Shown here in pieces: positions 1-9,424 of a stretch of 32,000 nt of DNA. The translations under genes were made by a program, and so were the position numbers. How positions within the stretch are numbered: the first letter of the stretch is position 1; every line of letters begins with the position of its first letter. The notes under the pieces are model-generated. The model did not search any database. It had not been told where the DNA came from and saw nothing but the letters and a program-made list of their open reading frames with translations. Source of the DNA: Candidatus Saccharimonadota bacterium (GTDB lineage: Bacteria; Pseudomonadota; Gammaproteobacteria; Enterobacterales; Enterobacteriaceae); the NCBI GenBank assembly GCA_049942765.1, contig CP188086.1:210001-242000 (forward strand). Direction: 5' to 3'.

Positions 1-985
1 CATGACCTTTATTAATTTTTTTAGTAATTTGATCTAGTTCTTTTTGATCAACTTGTTTTTCTATATTTGTGATAATAGATAATATATCTTCCATGCCTAA
101 AATTTTTGATGCAATTTGTTCTGGTTTAAATGATTGTAAATCGTTTATTTTTTCTCCAGTTCCTATAAATTTAATTGGAATATTAGTTAAATAGCGAATA
201 GATAATGCAACTCCTCCTCTAGAATCTCCATCTGTTTTTGTTAAAATGACACCTGAAATAGGGATTGTATTATTAAAATTATTAATAATATTAATTGAAT
301 CTTGTCCTATCATAGAATCTATAACGAATAGTGTTTCGATTGGTTGTGTTAGATTATAGATATTTTTTATTTCATTCATCATAAAAGTATTATTGTGAAG
401 TCGACCTGCTGTATCAATGATTAATATATCATATATTTTAATTTTAGATTGTTGTAATGCAAGAGTAGTTATTTCAATTGGGTTAGATATATTATTATCT
501 GGAAAAAAAAAGTCGATGTCGATTTCTTTGGATAAAATTTGTAATTGTTTAATAGCAGCTAATCGGTATACATCTATTGATGTTATTAATATTTTTTTTT
601 TGTGCTGTTTTTTTATAAAATTACCTAATTTTGCTACAGTGGTTGTTTTTCCTGAACCTTGTAATCCTACTATTAATATTATAGCTGGAGGAGTAGTGGA
701 TAAATTAACGGTATTGTTTTTTGCTCCCATAGTTATAACAAGTTCTTTTTTTATAATTTTTAAAAATTCTTGTCCAGGAGTTAGGCAGTGATTTACTTGA
801 TCACCAATACATTTGTTTTTAATAGATTTAATAAAATTTTTAATAACTAATAATGAAACATCAGCTTCTAATAATGCTTTTCTTATTTCTCTTAATGTGT
901 TTTTGATATTTTTTTCTGTAATTCTTCCTTGATTGGATATGTTTTTGATGGTTTTTGAGAGTCTTTCAGTTAGATTAGTAAACAT
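1..985 (-). CDS. ffh: Signal recognition particle protein Ffh, N-terminal about 328 codons; the 3' end lies beyond the left edge of the window
   Basis: It is absent from the ORF track because it runs off the window. The reverse complement from ATG 985-983 reads MFTNLTERLSKTIKNISNQGRITEKNIKNTLREIRKALLEADVSL...PPAIILIVGLQGSGKTTTVAKLGNF...IDTAGRL...VILTKTDGDSRGGVALS...GTGEKINDLQSF. This is colinear with the E. coli Ffh N and G domains (GxxGxGKT, DTAGR, TKxDG motifs). An AAGGA SD (rc of 993-997) lies 7 nt upstream of the ATG. Confidence 0.93.
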   Translation of the reverse strand, partial: MFTNLTERLSKTIKNISNQGRITEKNIKNTLREIRKALLEADVSLLVIKNFIKSIKNKCIGDQVNHCLTPGQEFLKIIKKELVITMGAKNNTVNLSTTPPAIILIVGLQGSGKTTTVAKLGNFIKKQHKKKILITSIDVYRLAAIKQLQILSKEIDIDFFFPDNNISNPIEITTLALQQSKIKIYDILIIDTAGRLHNNTFMMNEIKNIYNLTQPIETLFVIDSMIGQDSINIINNFNNTIPISGVILTKTDGDSRGGVALSIRYLTNIPIKFIGTGEKINDLQSFKPEQIASKILGMEDILSIITNIEKQVDQKELDQITKKINKGH

Positions 986-1452
986 GTTGTTATCCTTTAA
1001 TAAATATTAAATATTTATATATTTATGCGATAAATTTTTATTTCATAAATAATTTTATACTTATTTCAATAATTTTTTTTGAATATAGAATATATTTTTT
1101 TTAATTTAGTTTATTAGCATGGTATGAACATATTTTCATGATTAACTGTTATTAAATTATATATAATTAATTATTTTTTGATAATTTGAATATTTATTAT
1201 TAGAATTGTATATTTACATATATTAAAAATTATGTATTAATTTATATGTTTAATCTTGATTAATGTGTAAATATTTTATTTTAATATAAAATTAGTTTTT
1301 AACTATCTATCTTTATTTATTGGTTTTATTGGTAAGTTCATGTAATAGATTAGTTATGGATAATTGTTATTTATGATACTATTTAATTCAATATTACTAT
1401 AATATGGTTTTTTTTATATTATAAGTATTATTTAATGTTCAATTAAATTTTA

Positions 1453-2589
1453 TTATTTGTTGTTATTGGGGTAGTATCCTAAAATTTTCATTGATTTAAC
1501 AATTTGTTGTAGTGATGAAAAAAGATTTTTTGTATTTACTAAATATAAATTATATAATACTTCAATATAAATGATTTCTAGTGAATTTTTGTTATCATTT
1601 GCACATAAGATAAAATCATTTATTTTAAAATTATATTTATTAAATATATATGATATTTTTTTTAAATTGTCGTTTTTTTTTATTATTGTTACTAGTAATC
1701 CAGTTACAATATTATTATTATTATTATAATAGTTCATTGTTTTTTTTAGAACGATAAAATGAGTAATATTATGTTTTTTATTACTGATGTTTTTTTTTAG
1801 TACAGTCAAATTATATAATTTTCCACTATTTTTATCACCTAATGTAGCTGCATTATGTTGTTTGTTTAATTTAATGTATTGCATAGCATCGGCAGTGCTG
1901 TTTTTATATTTTATTTTCCAATGACGAAATGTATTGATAAATTTGTTACATTGAATTAATGGTTGTGGATGAGTATAAAGGGTATTTATATTTTTTATAG
2001 ATGTATTTGGTAATGCTAGTAAACAATGATTTATTTCTATATTTATTTTTTTTGTAATAAATAATTTAGTTTTTTTTAAAATATGACATATTTCATCAAT
2101 AGCACCTGAATATGTGTTTTTAATTGGTGCAATTGCATATCCGTGTATGTGTTTTTCTGTTTTTTTAAATACGTCTAAAAAGTTGTGACAGGGAATTGAT
2201 GTTATTGTATTTTTTTTATATTTTTCAATATATTTTAAAGTAGCAATATGAGAGTAAGATCCCTGAGGTCCTAGGTAAAATATCTTTTTTTTTGAACTTT
2301 GATTTATTTGTTGTATATACATCTTTTGTAAATAAATTGAATTATCTATAATTATTTTAAATATTTTTGTAATATATTCGATATTTATTTTTTTTTTATT
2401 AGCTAATTTTTGTATACTTTTTAATAGTTCTTTTTCTCTTTTTTCATCTCGAATAGGTTTATTTTTTTTTTGTTTAATTTCCGCTATTTTAATGGATATT
2501 GATTCTCTGTTTTTGATTAAGTTTATTATTTTTTTGTCAATTTTATTAATGTTAGTTCTTAATTGTAATATAGAATTGATAGATTTCAT
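1453..2589 (-). CDS. pheA: Bifunctional chorismate mutase / prephenate dehydratase (P-protein)
   Basis: The 378-aa ORF is colinear with E. coli PheA (386 aa). It has a chorismate mutase N-terminus (LRTNINKIDKKIINLIKNRESISIKIAEIK), dehydratase core motifs (YLGPQGSYSH, PIKNTYSGAI, THPQPLIQC, NITHFIVL) and a C-terminal ACT-like domain ending KSMKILGYYP (E. coli RSMKVLGCYP). Confidence 0.93.
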   Translation of the reverse strand: MKSINSILQLRTNINKIDKKIINLIKNRESISIKIAEIKQKKNKPIRDEKREKELLKSIQKLANKKKINIEYITKIFKIIIDNSIYLQKMYIQQINQSSKKKIFYLGPQGSYSHIATLKYIEKYKKNTITSIPCHNFLDVFKKTEKHIHGYAIAPIKNTYSGAIDEICHILKKTKLFITKKINIEINHCLLALPNTSIKNINTLYTHPQPLIQCNKFINTFRHWKIKYKNSTADAMQYIKLNKQHNAATLGDKNSGKLYNLTVLKKNISNKKHNITHFIVLKKTMNYYNNNNNIVTGLLVTIIKKNDNLKKISYIFNKYNFKINDFILCANDNKNSLEIIYIEVLYNLYLVNTKNLFSSLQQIVKSMKILGYYPNNNK

Positions 2590-3412
2590 AATAATAACCT
2601 GTTAATTATTTAATGATGTTTATTGAAAATATAAAAATATTGTAATTATTTACATATAAATTAATAGATTTTTTTCAATGGTACATGTTTTATAATTAAT
2701 TATAAATGTTTTAATAATAATTTGATATATAACCCAAGGTATTTTTTATATTTTTTATTATTAAATATATTGATATGTATAAATAATAATTTATTAATTA
2801 ATATTAATTGGATAATTATATTATTATATCTGTAATAAATTTGTTAACTATAGTATATTGTGTGTGATATTAAAGTAATAAAAATAACACACTGTTATAA
2901 ACAATTATAATTTTTGTTAATAATTAAGACGGTATTTGTTAATTTTTAATTAATGAGATAGTACTGCTTTATTGGTTTTTTTTTAAATTTATTAGGATAG
3001 TAAATCTATATTGAATTATATGTTATGTATGTAAATACAATTATGGAATTAACATAAATATAATAATAAATATTGATGTAATGAATTTATCGGATATATA
3101 CAGTTATAAACGGTGTCAATGATATATATCATTTATTTTTATGTTGTATTTTTAATATCTTAAAATATTATTGGTTATAATTTTATTATATATTTAATTT
3201 TTAATTATAAAATTTTTTTATGTATTTGTATATGTATGTTGGATTTTATTAATGAATATATTTAATATAGTATATATACTGTAAATATATGTAATATTAG
3301 TATGTAATGAATAATATATTTTTCATAATTTATTGGTAGTTGGTTATGATTGTTTTTTGTGAATGATATTTAATATTGTGTTTATTAATAAATATATATA
3401 ATTAGGTGAGTG

Positions 3413-3841
3413 ATGAAAACGTTTTCTATTAAATCAAATAATATAATGCGATATTGGTACTATGTTGATGCTAGTGGAAAAATTTTAGGTCGGTTGGCAT
3501 CTGAATTGGCAATGAGGTTACGTGGTAAACATAAAGTAGAATATACTCCTCATATGGATACTGGAGATTACTTGATTGTATTGAATGCAAAAGATATAGT
3601 AGTGACGGGAAAAAAATATTGTAATAAATTTTATTATCATCATACAGGGTATGTAGGAGGAATAAAAAAAATTTCATTTCAGGAGATGATGGATCAGTAT
3701 CCTGAAAGAATTATTGAAATTGCTGTAAGGGGTATGTTGCCTAAAGGTTCTTTGGGGAGATCTATGTTTAAGAAATTAAAAGTTTATTCAAATAGTTCTC
3801 ATAATCATATATCACAAAATCCACAGTTATTACATTTATAA
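3413..3841 (+). CDS. rplM: 50S ribosomal protein L13
   Basis: [59 protein letters not shown]... matches E. coli L13 ([59 protein letters not shown]) over its full length. The ORF track starts at GTG 3410. By homology ATG 3413 is the likelier start, and AGGTGA lies at 3404-3409. Confidence 0.95.
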   Translation: MKTFSIKSNNIMRYWYYVDASGKILGRLASELAMRLRGKHKVEYTPHMDTGDYLIVLNAKDIVVTGKKYCNKFYYHHTGYVGGIKKISFQEMMDQYPERIIEIAVRGMLPKGSLGRSMFKKLKVYSNSSHNHISQNPQLLHL

Positions 3842-3866
3842 TATTATTGAGGTATGTAGTAAAATT

Positions 3867-4259
3867 ATGGATATACAATATCATTATGGTACTGGTAGAA
3901 GAAAAAGTTCTTCTGCTAGAGTATTTATTAAGTTAGGCATCGGTAAAATTGTAGTTAATAAACGTTCATTAGAAGAATATTTTGGTAGAAAAACTTCATG
4001 TATGATTGTTATGCAACCTTTAGATTTAATGAAATTAAGTAATAAATTTGATTTTTATATTACAGTTAAAGGCGGTGGTATATCAGGTCAAGCAGGTGCT
4101 ATTCGTCAAGGGATAGCTAAAGCTTTAATACAGTACGATGACACCCTTCGTTCTGATCTAAGAAATGCTGGCTTTATCACTAGAGATTCTCGTAGAGTAG
4201 AACGAAAGAAAGTAGGGTTACGAAAAGCTAGATGTCGTCCACAATTTTCAAAACGATAA
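3867..4259 (+). CDS. rpsI: 30S ribosomal protein S9
   Basis: The 130-aa ORF reads ...[17 protein letters not shown]...[24 protein letters not shown]...[21 protein letters not shown]. It is near-identical in pattern to E. coli S9, has the same length, and sits directly downstream of rplM as in the E. coli operon. Confidence 0.96.
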   Translation: MDIQYHYGTGRRKSSSARVFIKLGIGKIVVNKRSLEEYFGRKTSCMIVMQPLDLMKLSNKFDFYITVKGGGISGQAGAIRQGIAKALIQYDDTLRSDLRNAGFITRDSRRVERKKVGLRKARCRPQFSKR

Positions 4260-4301
4260 TTTTAGTTGGTGGTATGATTGTATTCTTATTCGAATATATA
4301 T

Positions 4302-4338
4302 AACCCGGTATATACATGTCATACATAAAAACCGGGTT
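4302..4338. terminator. Hairpin between the convergent rpsI and obgE genes (candidate bidirectional intrinsic terminator)
   Basis: A perfect 8-bp G/C-containing stem joins AACCCGGT (4302-4309) to ACCGGGTT (4331-4338), with a 21-nt loop. It stands out in an otherwise A/T-only spacer, is followed by TTATAATAAT on the + strand, and lies 43 nt after the rpsI stop and about 98 nt after the obgE stop. Confidence 0.5.
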
Positions 4339-4435
4339 TATAATAATCATTTGATGATATATAGTTTTGTAGATTAAATAAGTTATGTGTATTTTGTTTA
4401 AAATTTATTTTAAATAAAGATAATAGAATCATTTT

Positions 4436-5446
<1,011 letters not shown>

Positions 5447-5786
5447 TTACCCATTAAAAAATTAATTAATAATATATTTATAATATTTAAATACTACAAT
5501 TTTTTGTATGCATTAATGATTTTTAATTTTTATTTCAATTAGTAGTTTGTTAATTGTCAATCTATTAATTTTTATCTTTGTTTTGTATAAATAATAAAAA
5601 TATTTTTTATAATTTAGTTTATGTAATAATTAAATTTGTAGTTACAAATTTAATTATTACAATATAATATTTAGTTATTTATAAAAGTATCTATTGTTAG
5701 TTATTTATACTTATTGTTTTTAATAAGTTGAAAATATTTTTAATTAGAGTTATTGTGACATTTAAGTAATGGTTAATTAAATATTA

Positions 5787-6053
5787 TTAATTAATTTTAT
5801 TAGATACAATATTAACGTAATGTTTTTTGTTTTTCCCTTTTTTTACAAATTGTATATAACCATTTTTTTTTGCAAATAAAGTATGATCTTTACCACAACC
5901 AACATGATATCCAGGATGAAATTTTGTACCTCTCTGCTTGATGATGATATTTCCAGAAAAGACAAATTCACCTCCAAAATGTTTTACTCCTAGTCTTTTA
6001 GAAAGAGAATCTCTTCCATTTCTGGTTGATCCTCCAGCTTTTTTATGTGCCAT
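5787..6053 (-). CDS. rpmA: 50S ribosomal protein L27
   Basis: [48 protein letters not shown]...[11 protein letters not shown] matches E. coli L27 almost residue for residue. It lies immediately downstream of rplU. Confidence 0.96.
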   Translation of the reverse strand: MAHKKAGGSTRNGRDSLSKRLGVKHFGGEFVFSGNIIIKQRGTKFHPGYHVGCGKDHTLFAKKNGYIQFVKKGKNKKHYVNIVSNKIN

Positions 6054-6056
6054 GAC

Positions 6057-6380
6057 TTATCCTTGTTTATTGTGAATAATATTTTCTATTTTTATAGCAG
6101 TAAATAATTGACGATGACCTTGTTGTTTTTTATAATGTTTTCTTCTTTTAAATTTAATAATATTAATTTTATTATGTTTTCCATGATTAATAATATTAGC
6201 CTGTACACTACTATTAATAAGATATGGTGTTCCAATGTGTATGATATTTTTGTTAGCAATCATTAGTACTTTTTTTAATACGATTTTATCTCCAATTTCT
6301 TCACTTAATTTTTCTAATTTAATTATTTGTCCTTGTTTGACTTGATATTGTTTTCCACCGCTAATAATAATTGCATACAT
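6057..6380 (-). CDS. rplU: 50S ribosomal protein L21
   Basis: MYAIIISGGKQYQVKQGQIIKLEKL...IIKFKRRKHYKKQQGHRQLFTAIKI matches E. coli L21 ([25 protein letters not shown]...[25 protein letters not shown]). There is a 3-nt gap to rpmA. Confidence 0.96.
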   Translation of the reverse strand: MYAIIISGGKQYQVKQGQIIKLEKLSEEIGDKIVLKKVLMIANKNIIHIGTPYLINSSVQANIINHGKHNKINIIKFKRRKHYKKQQGHRQLFTAIKIENIIHNKQG

Positions 6381-6864
6381 ATATTACTCCAGTTGATTGA
6401 TTTTTTGATTACATCTTAATTATTCTATAGCAGTTATTTTTTTTACGTATGGATATATTTTTCTTTTATTTTCATTAATAGAAATTTTGAATATTTTATT
6501 TTATTTGTATATATTAATTAGTTTAAAAAAAATGATATTTAGATATTAATCTAAATTATTGAAAATGATTATATTAAAAAAATATCATATAGATATGGTT
6601 GACACGTGATTATAAACATGTGATCTTACATTTAATTTATATTTAGTCGTTGTTTTAACGTATGATATTTTTCAGCATATTAGTAACGTTATAATTTTTT
6701 TTAAATTAATATTTAATGTTTTTGTTTGAACTATTGATAATAATTGTTAATTAAGTATTTGTAAGATGTTATATCTTATTACTTGTTGTTTATTAAATAA
6801 GTTTTTCTATATTTCTTTTATGTTGTTTGATTAAATATATAGTACGTTTTTTTAGATAATGTGT

Positions 6865-6893
6865 AACTCAATCACATTGAGTTTTATTTGTTT
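6865..6893 (+). terminator. Orphan terminator-like hairpin in an ORF-free spacer
   Basis: AACTCAAT (6865-6872), loop CAC, ATTGAGTT (6876-6883), followed directly by TTATTTGTTT. No + strand gene lies upstream of it. In E. coli the + oriented neighbour of rplU here would be ispB. See findings. Confidence 0.3.
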
Positions 6894-7194
6894 ATATAGT
6901 ATATAATATTAATAACTAATATTTTTTATAAAAAATTTGTTTTTAAGATTTGTGTATTTCAAACATTCTGTGTATGTAGATTAATATATTTGTAAGGATT
7001 ATGTATATTTATAAAATAATATTTTATTTATAAAATGTTATTTTATTATTGGATAAATTATTCAATATTGAATACATTATTGAAATTTTCATTAAATATT
7101 ATAAAAATAATTTGGATTGTGATTCATATTAATGAAAAATGTATGATTTTTTATCGTGTTTTTTAGAATTATTCTTTTTATTATAGAATATTTT

Positions 7195-7443
7195 TTAAAT
7201 TTTATTTTTTTGTTTGATCCATTCTGTAGTGGTATATGTTTTAATAGATATAGCATGAATTAATTGATTAGAAAAGTATTGCATTAATGGAAGATAAATT
7301 GTTTGTTGTCTTTTTACTTTAGACATATTTAAGAAAATATCCCCTATAGCTATAATTTCAATATGATTGTTATCTCCTGTAACGTATATATTTTTTAGAT
7401 CAATAGATTTTATTAAAATAGATTTGATTGTATTATTATTCAT
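7195..7443 (-). CDS. ibaG: BolA-family protein IbaG (YrbA)
   Basis: The 82-aa ORF MNNNTIKSILIKSIDLKNIYVTGDNNHIEIIAIGDIFLNMSKVKRQQTIYLPLMQYFSNQLIHAISIKTYTTTEW is colinear with E. coli IbaG ([75 protein letters not shown]). Confidence 0.87.
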   Translation of the reverse strand: MNNNTIKSILIKSIDLKNIYVTGDNNHIEIIAIGDIFLNMSKVKRQQTIYLPLMQYFSNQLIHAISIKTYTTTEWIKQKNKI

Positions 7444-8016
7444 AATTAATATTTTTTTTGTTAATTGATAAATGTTTTGTTTTTTTTAATATTCGAAATA
7501 TTTGTATAGATATAGATATAGATAATTTTATCATGTAAGTAATTTCTTTTTTAATTCATATCATTTTCGAATATATTTTGTCACAAATTATGTTACTTCA
7601 GTAGCATTGTTAGAATATTTAAAAATTAGTTATGATGGAAATTAAGCAGTTTGTTTTACTATTGTAGTATCTAATTTAATATTATTGTCGTGATGTTTTT
7701 CATAAACATTATAAAACAAAAATAAAAATAAATACAATAATTAAATTTTTAAATTTTATTAATAATTAAGTTAAATAACTATAAATATGTTAATTAATTG
7801 TTAATATGTATTATTAGTACAATAAATTAATTGGTAAGATACGATAACTTTTATATATAATATAAATTTAATTTACTAAAAGAATATTAATAATTTGATT
7901 AATGATCATTATTATATTTTTTTATAACTTTTTAAGTTGTGATTAAATATTTTTATTTTTAACAACATTTAATTGTTGATATTAAAATGAATTATTTATT
8001 TTAGGAGTGTGTAATT

Positions 8017-8496
8017 ATGATTAATCAATTTCCAATGACAATGCGAGGGGCTGAGAAATTACAAAATGAATTGAATGAATTAAAATATGTAAAACGTCCT
8101 AGAATTATATCTGCTATTTCAGAAGCTAGAGAACATGGTGATTTAAAGGAAAATTCTGAATATCATAGTGCAAGAGAAGATCAAAGTTTTTGTGAGGGAA
8201 GAATTAAAGAAATAGAAAATAAATTAAGTAATGCACATATAATAGATATTACTACTATTGCTAATACAGGTAAGGTAATTTTTGGCGTTACAGTGAGTTT
8301 GTTAAATGTAAAAACTGATGAATTTTGTATATATTCTATAGTTGGTGATGATGAATCAGATTTAAAAAAACGATTAATTTCTATTAGTTCTCCAATAGCT
8401 AGAGGGTTAATAGGTAAAATGGTTAATGATGTAGTGAATATTACAACTCCAGGAGGTTTAGTAAAATATAGAATAATAAAAATAGAACATATTTAA
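8017..8496 (+). CDS. greA: Transcription elongation factor GreA
   Basis: [68 protein letters not shown] matches E. coli GreA over the full 158-159 aa. An AGGAG SD at 8003-8007 lies 9 nt before the ATG. Confidence 0.95.
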   Translation: MINQFPMTMRGAEKLQNELNELKYVKRPRIISAISEAREHGDLKENSEYHSAREDQSFCEGRIKEIENKLSNAHIIDITTIANTGKVIFGVTVSLLNVKTDEFCIYSIVGDDESDLKKRLISISSPIARGLIGKMVNDVVNITTPGGLVKYRIIKIEHI

Positions 8497-8755
8497 AATA
8501 TTAAATATATTAGTGAATAATAAATATTATTTATTTAATTTATAAAGATTTTTGTGGTATTTTAATGTGTATTTTTAGTATATTAATTTTATTAAATTAT
8601 ATTGATTAAATTTGAATTAATATATTGTATAGATAATATCTAGTCTTAATTGTTATTTTTAATTAATATCAATGAGTGTTTAGGTGTTGTTTTTGAGTCT
8701 ATAATGTGACTTTTTTATAATTAACGTTATTTTTATTTTAAAATAATTCAACTAT

Positions 8756-9382
8756 ATGAGTAAACGACGTTCTATTAGTTCTAGTAGATGGTTAATTGAA
8801 CATTTTAAAGATAAGTATGTAAGAGAAGCAAAAAAAAAAAAATTACGTTCTCGTGCATGGTTTAAGTTGAATCAAATTGATTTAAAATATAATTTATTTA
8901 AAATGGGCATGAATGTTATTGATTTAGGTTGTTCTCCTGGAGGTTGGTCTCAGTATGCTGTTCATAAAATAGGTAAAAATGGTAAAATTATTGCTTGTGA
9001 TATATTACCTATGAAGTCAATTAATAATGTTAAGTTTATTAAAGGAAATCTAGAATGTCCGATAATATTACATCAATTATTGTTATGTTGCGAAAATATA
9101 AAAATTAATGTAGTAATGTCAGATATGGCTCCTAATGTTAGTGGTTGTATGTTAATTGATTTCAAAAATATGATTTTGTTAAATGAATTAGCATTATCTA
9201 TATCTGTTCAAGTATTATCAAAACATGGATCGTTATTATTAAAAACATATCAAGGACAAGATTTTATTTTATTTTTAAAAAAAATACGTTCTATGTTTTT
9301 TAATATTAAAGTTTATAAACCAGACTCTTCGAGAACAAGATCTCGAGAAATTTTTCTTTTGGCTACAGGGCTAAAAAATTAA
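8756..9382 (+). CDS. rlmE: 23S rRNA (uridine2552-2'-O)-methyltransferase RlmE (FtsJ/RrmJ)
   Basis: SSSRWLIEHFKDKYVREAKKKKLRSRAWFKL...DLGCSPGGWSQY...VVMSDMAPNVSG...YKPDSSRTRSREIFLLATG is colinear with E. coli RlmE (209 aa) and includes the SAM-binding DLGAAPGGWSQ motif. It lies directly upstream of ftsH, as in E. coli. Confidence 0.94.
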   Translation: MSKRRSISSSRWLIEHFKDKYVREAKKKKLRSRAWFKLNQIDLKYNLFKMGMNVIDLGCSPGGWSQYAVHKIGKNGKIIACDILPMKSINNVKFIKGNLECPIILHQLLLCCENIKINVVMSDMAPNVSGCMLIDFKNMILLNELALSISVQVLSKHGSLLLKTYQGQDFILFLKKIRSMFFNIKVYKPDSSRTRSREIFLLATGLKN

Positions 9383-9424
9383 TGATTTATTTTGTTTTTT
9401 AATAAAAAATATGAGGTTAATCCA

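Noticed and set aside
417-791. 124-aa + strand ORF from the track
   Set aside because: It is entirely antisense to the highly conserved G domain of ffh. It has a low-complexity I/L/F/C-rich composition and no recognisable family. It is an antisense shadow ORF.
3471-3677. 68-aa - strand ORF
   Set aside because: It is antisense to rplM and has no SD or homology. It is spurious.
6599-6636. TTGACA hexamer with nearby direct repeats (C/T)GTGAT, considered as a promoter for a spacer transcript
   Set aside because: No acceptable -10 hexamer lies at 16-18 bp spacing (GATCTT/ATCTTA). TATAAT-like strings are ubiquitous in this DNA, so a promoter call is not supportable.
7059-7074. Perfect 16-bp palindrome TATTCAATATTGAATA in the rplU-ibaG spacer (possible protein-binding site)
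   Set aside because: It is nearly all A/T. At this base composition several such palindromes are expected by chance in the spacers, and I saw no second copy or partner site.
7505-7524. (TATAGA) x 3.3 microsatellite
   Set aside because: It is a short low-complexity repeat in an A/T spacer with no evident function.
8677-8705. TATAAT at 8700-8705 upstream of rlmE, considered as a sigma70 or heat-shock (sigma32) promoter of rlmE-ftsH
   Set aside because: There is no -35 match (TGTTTA), no CTTGAAA/CCCCAT sigma32 elements and no extended -10 TG. It is indistinguishable from background.
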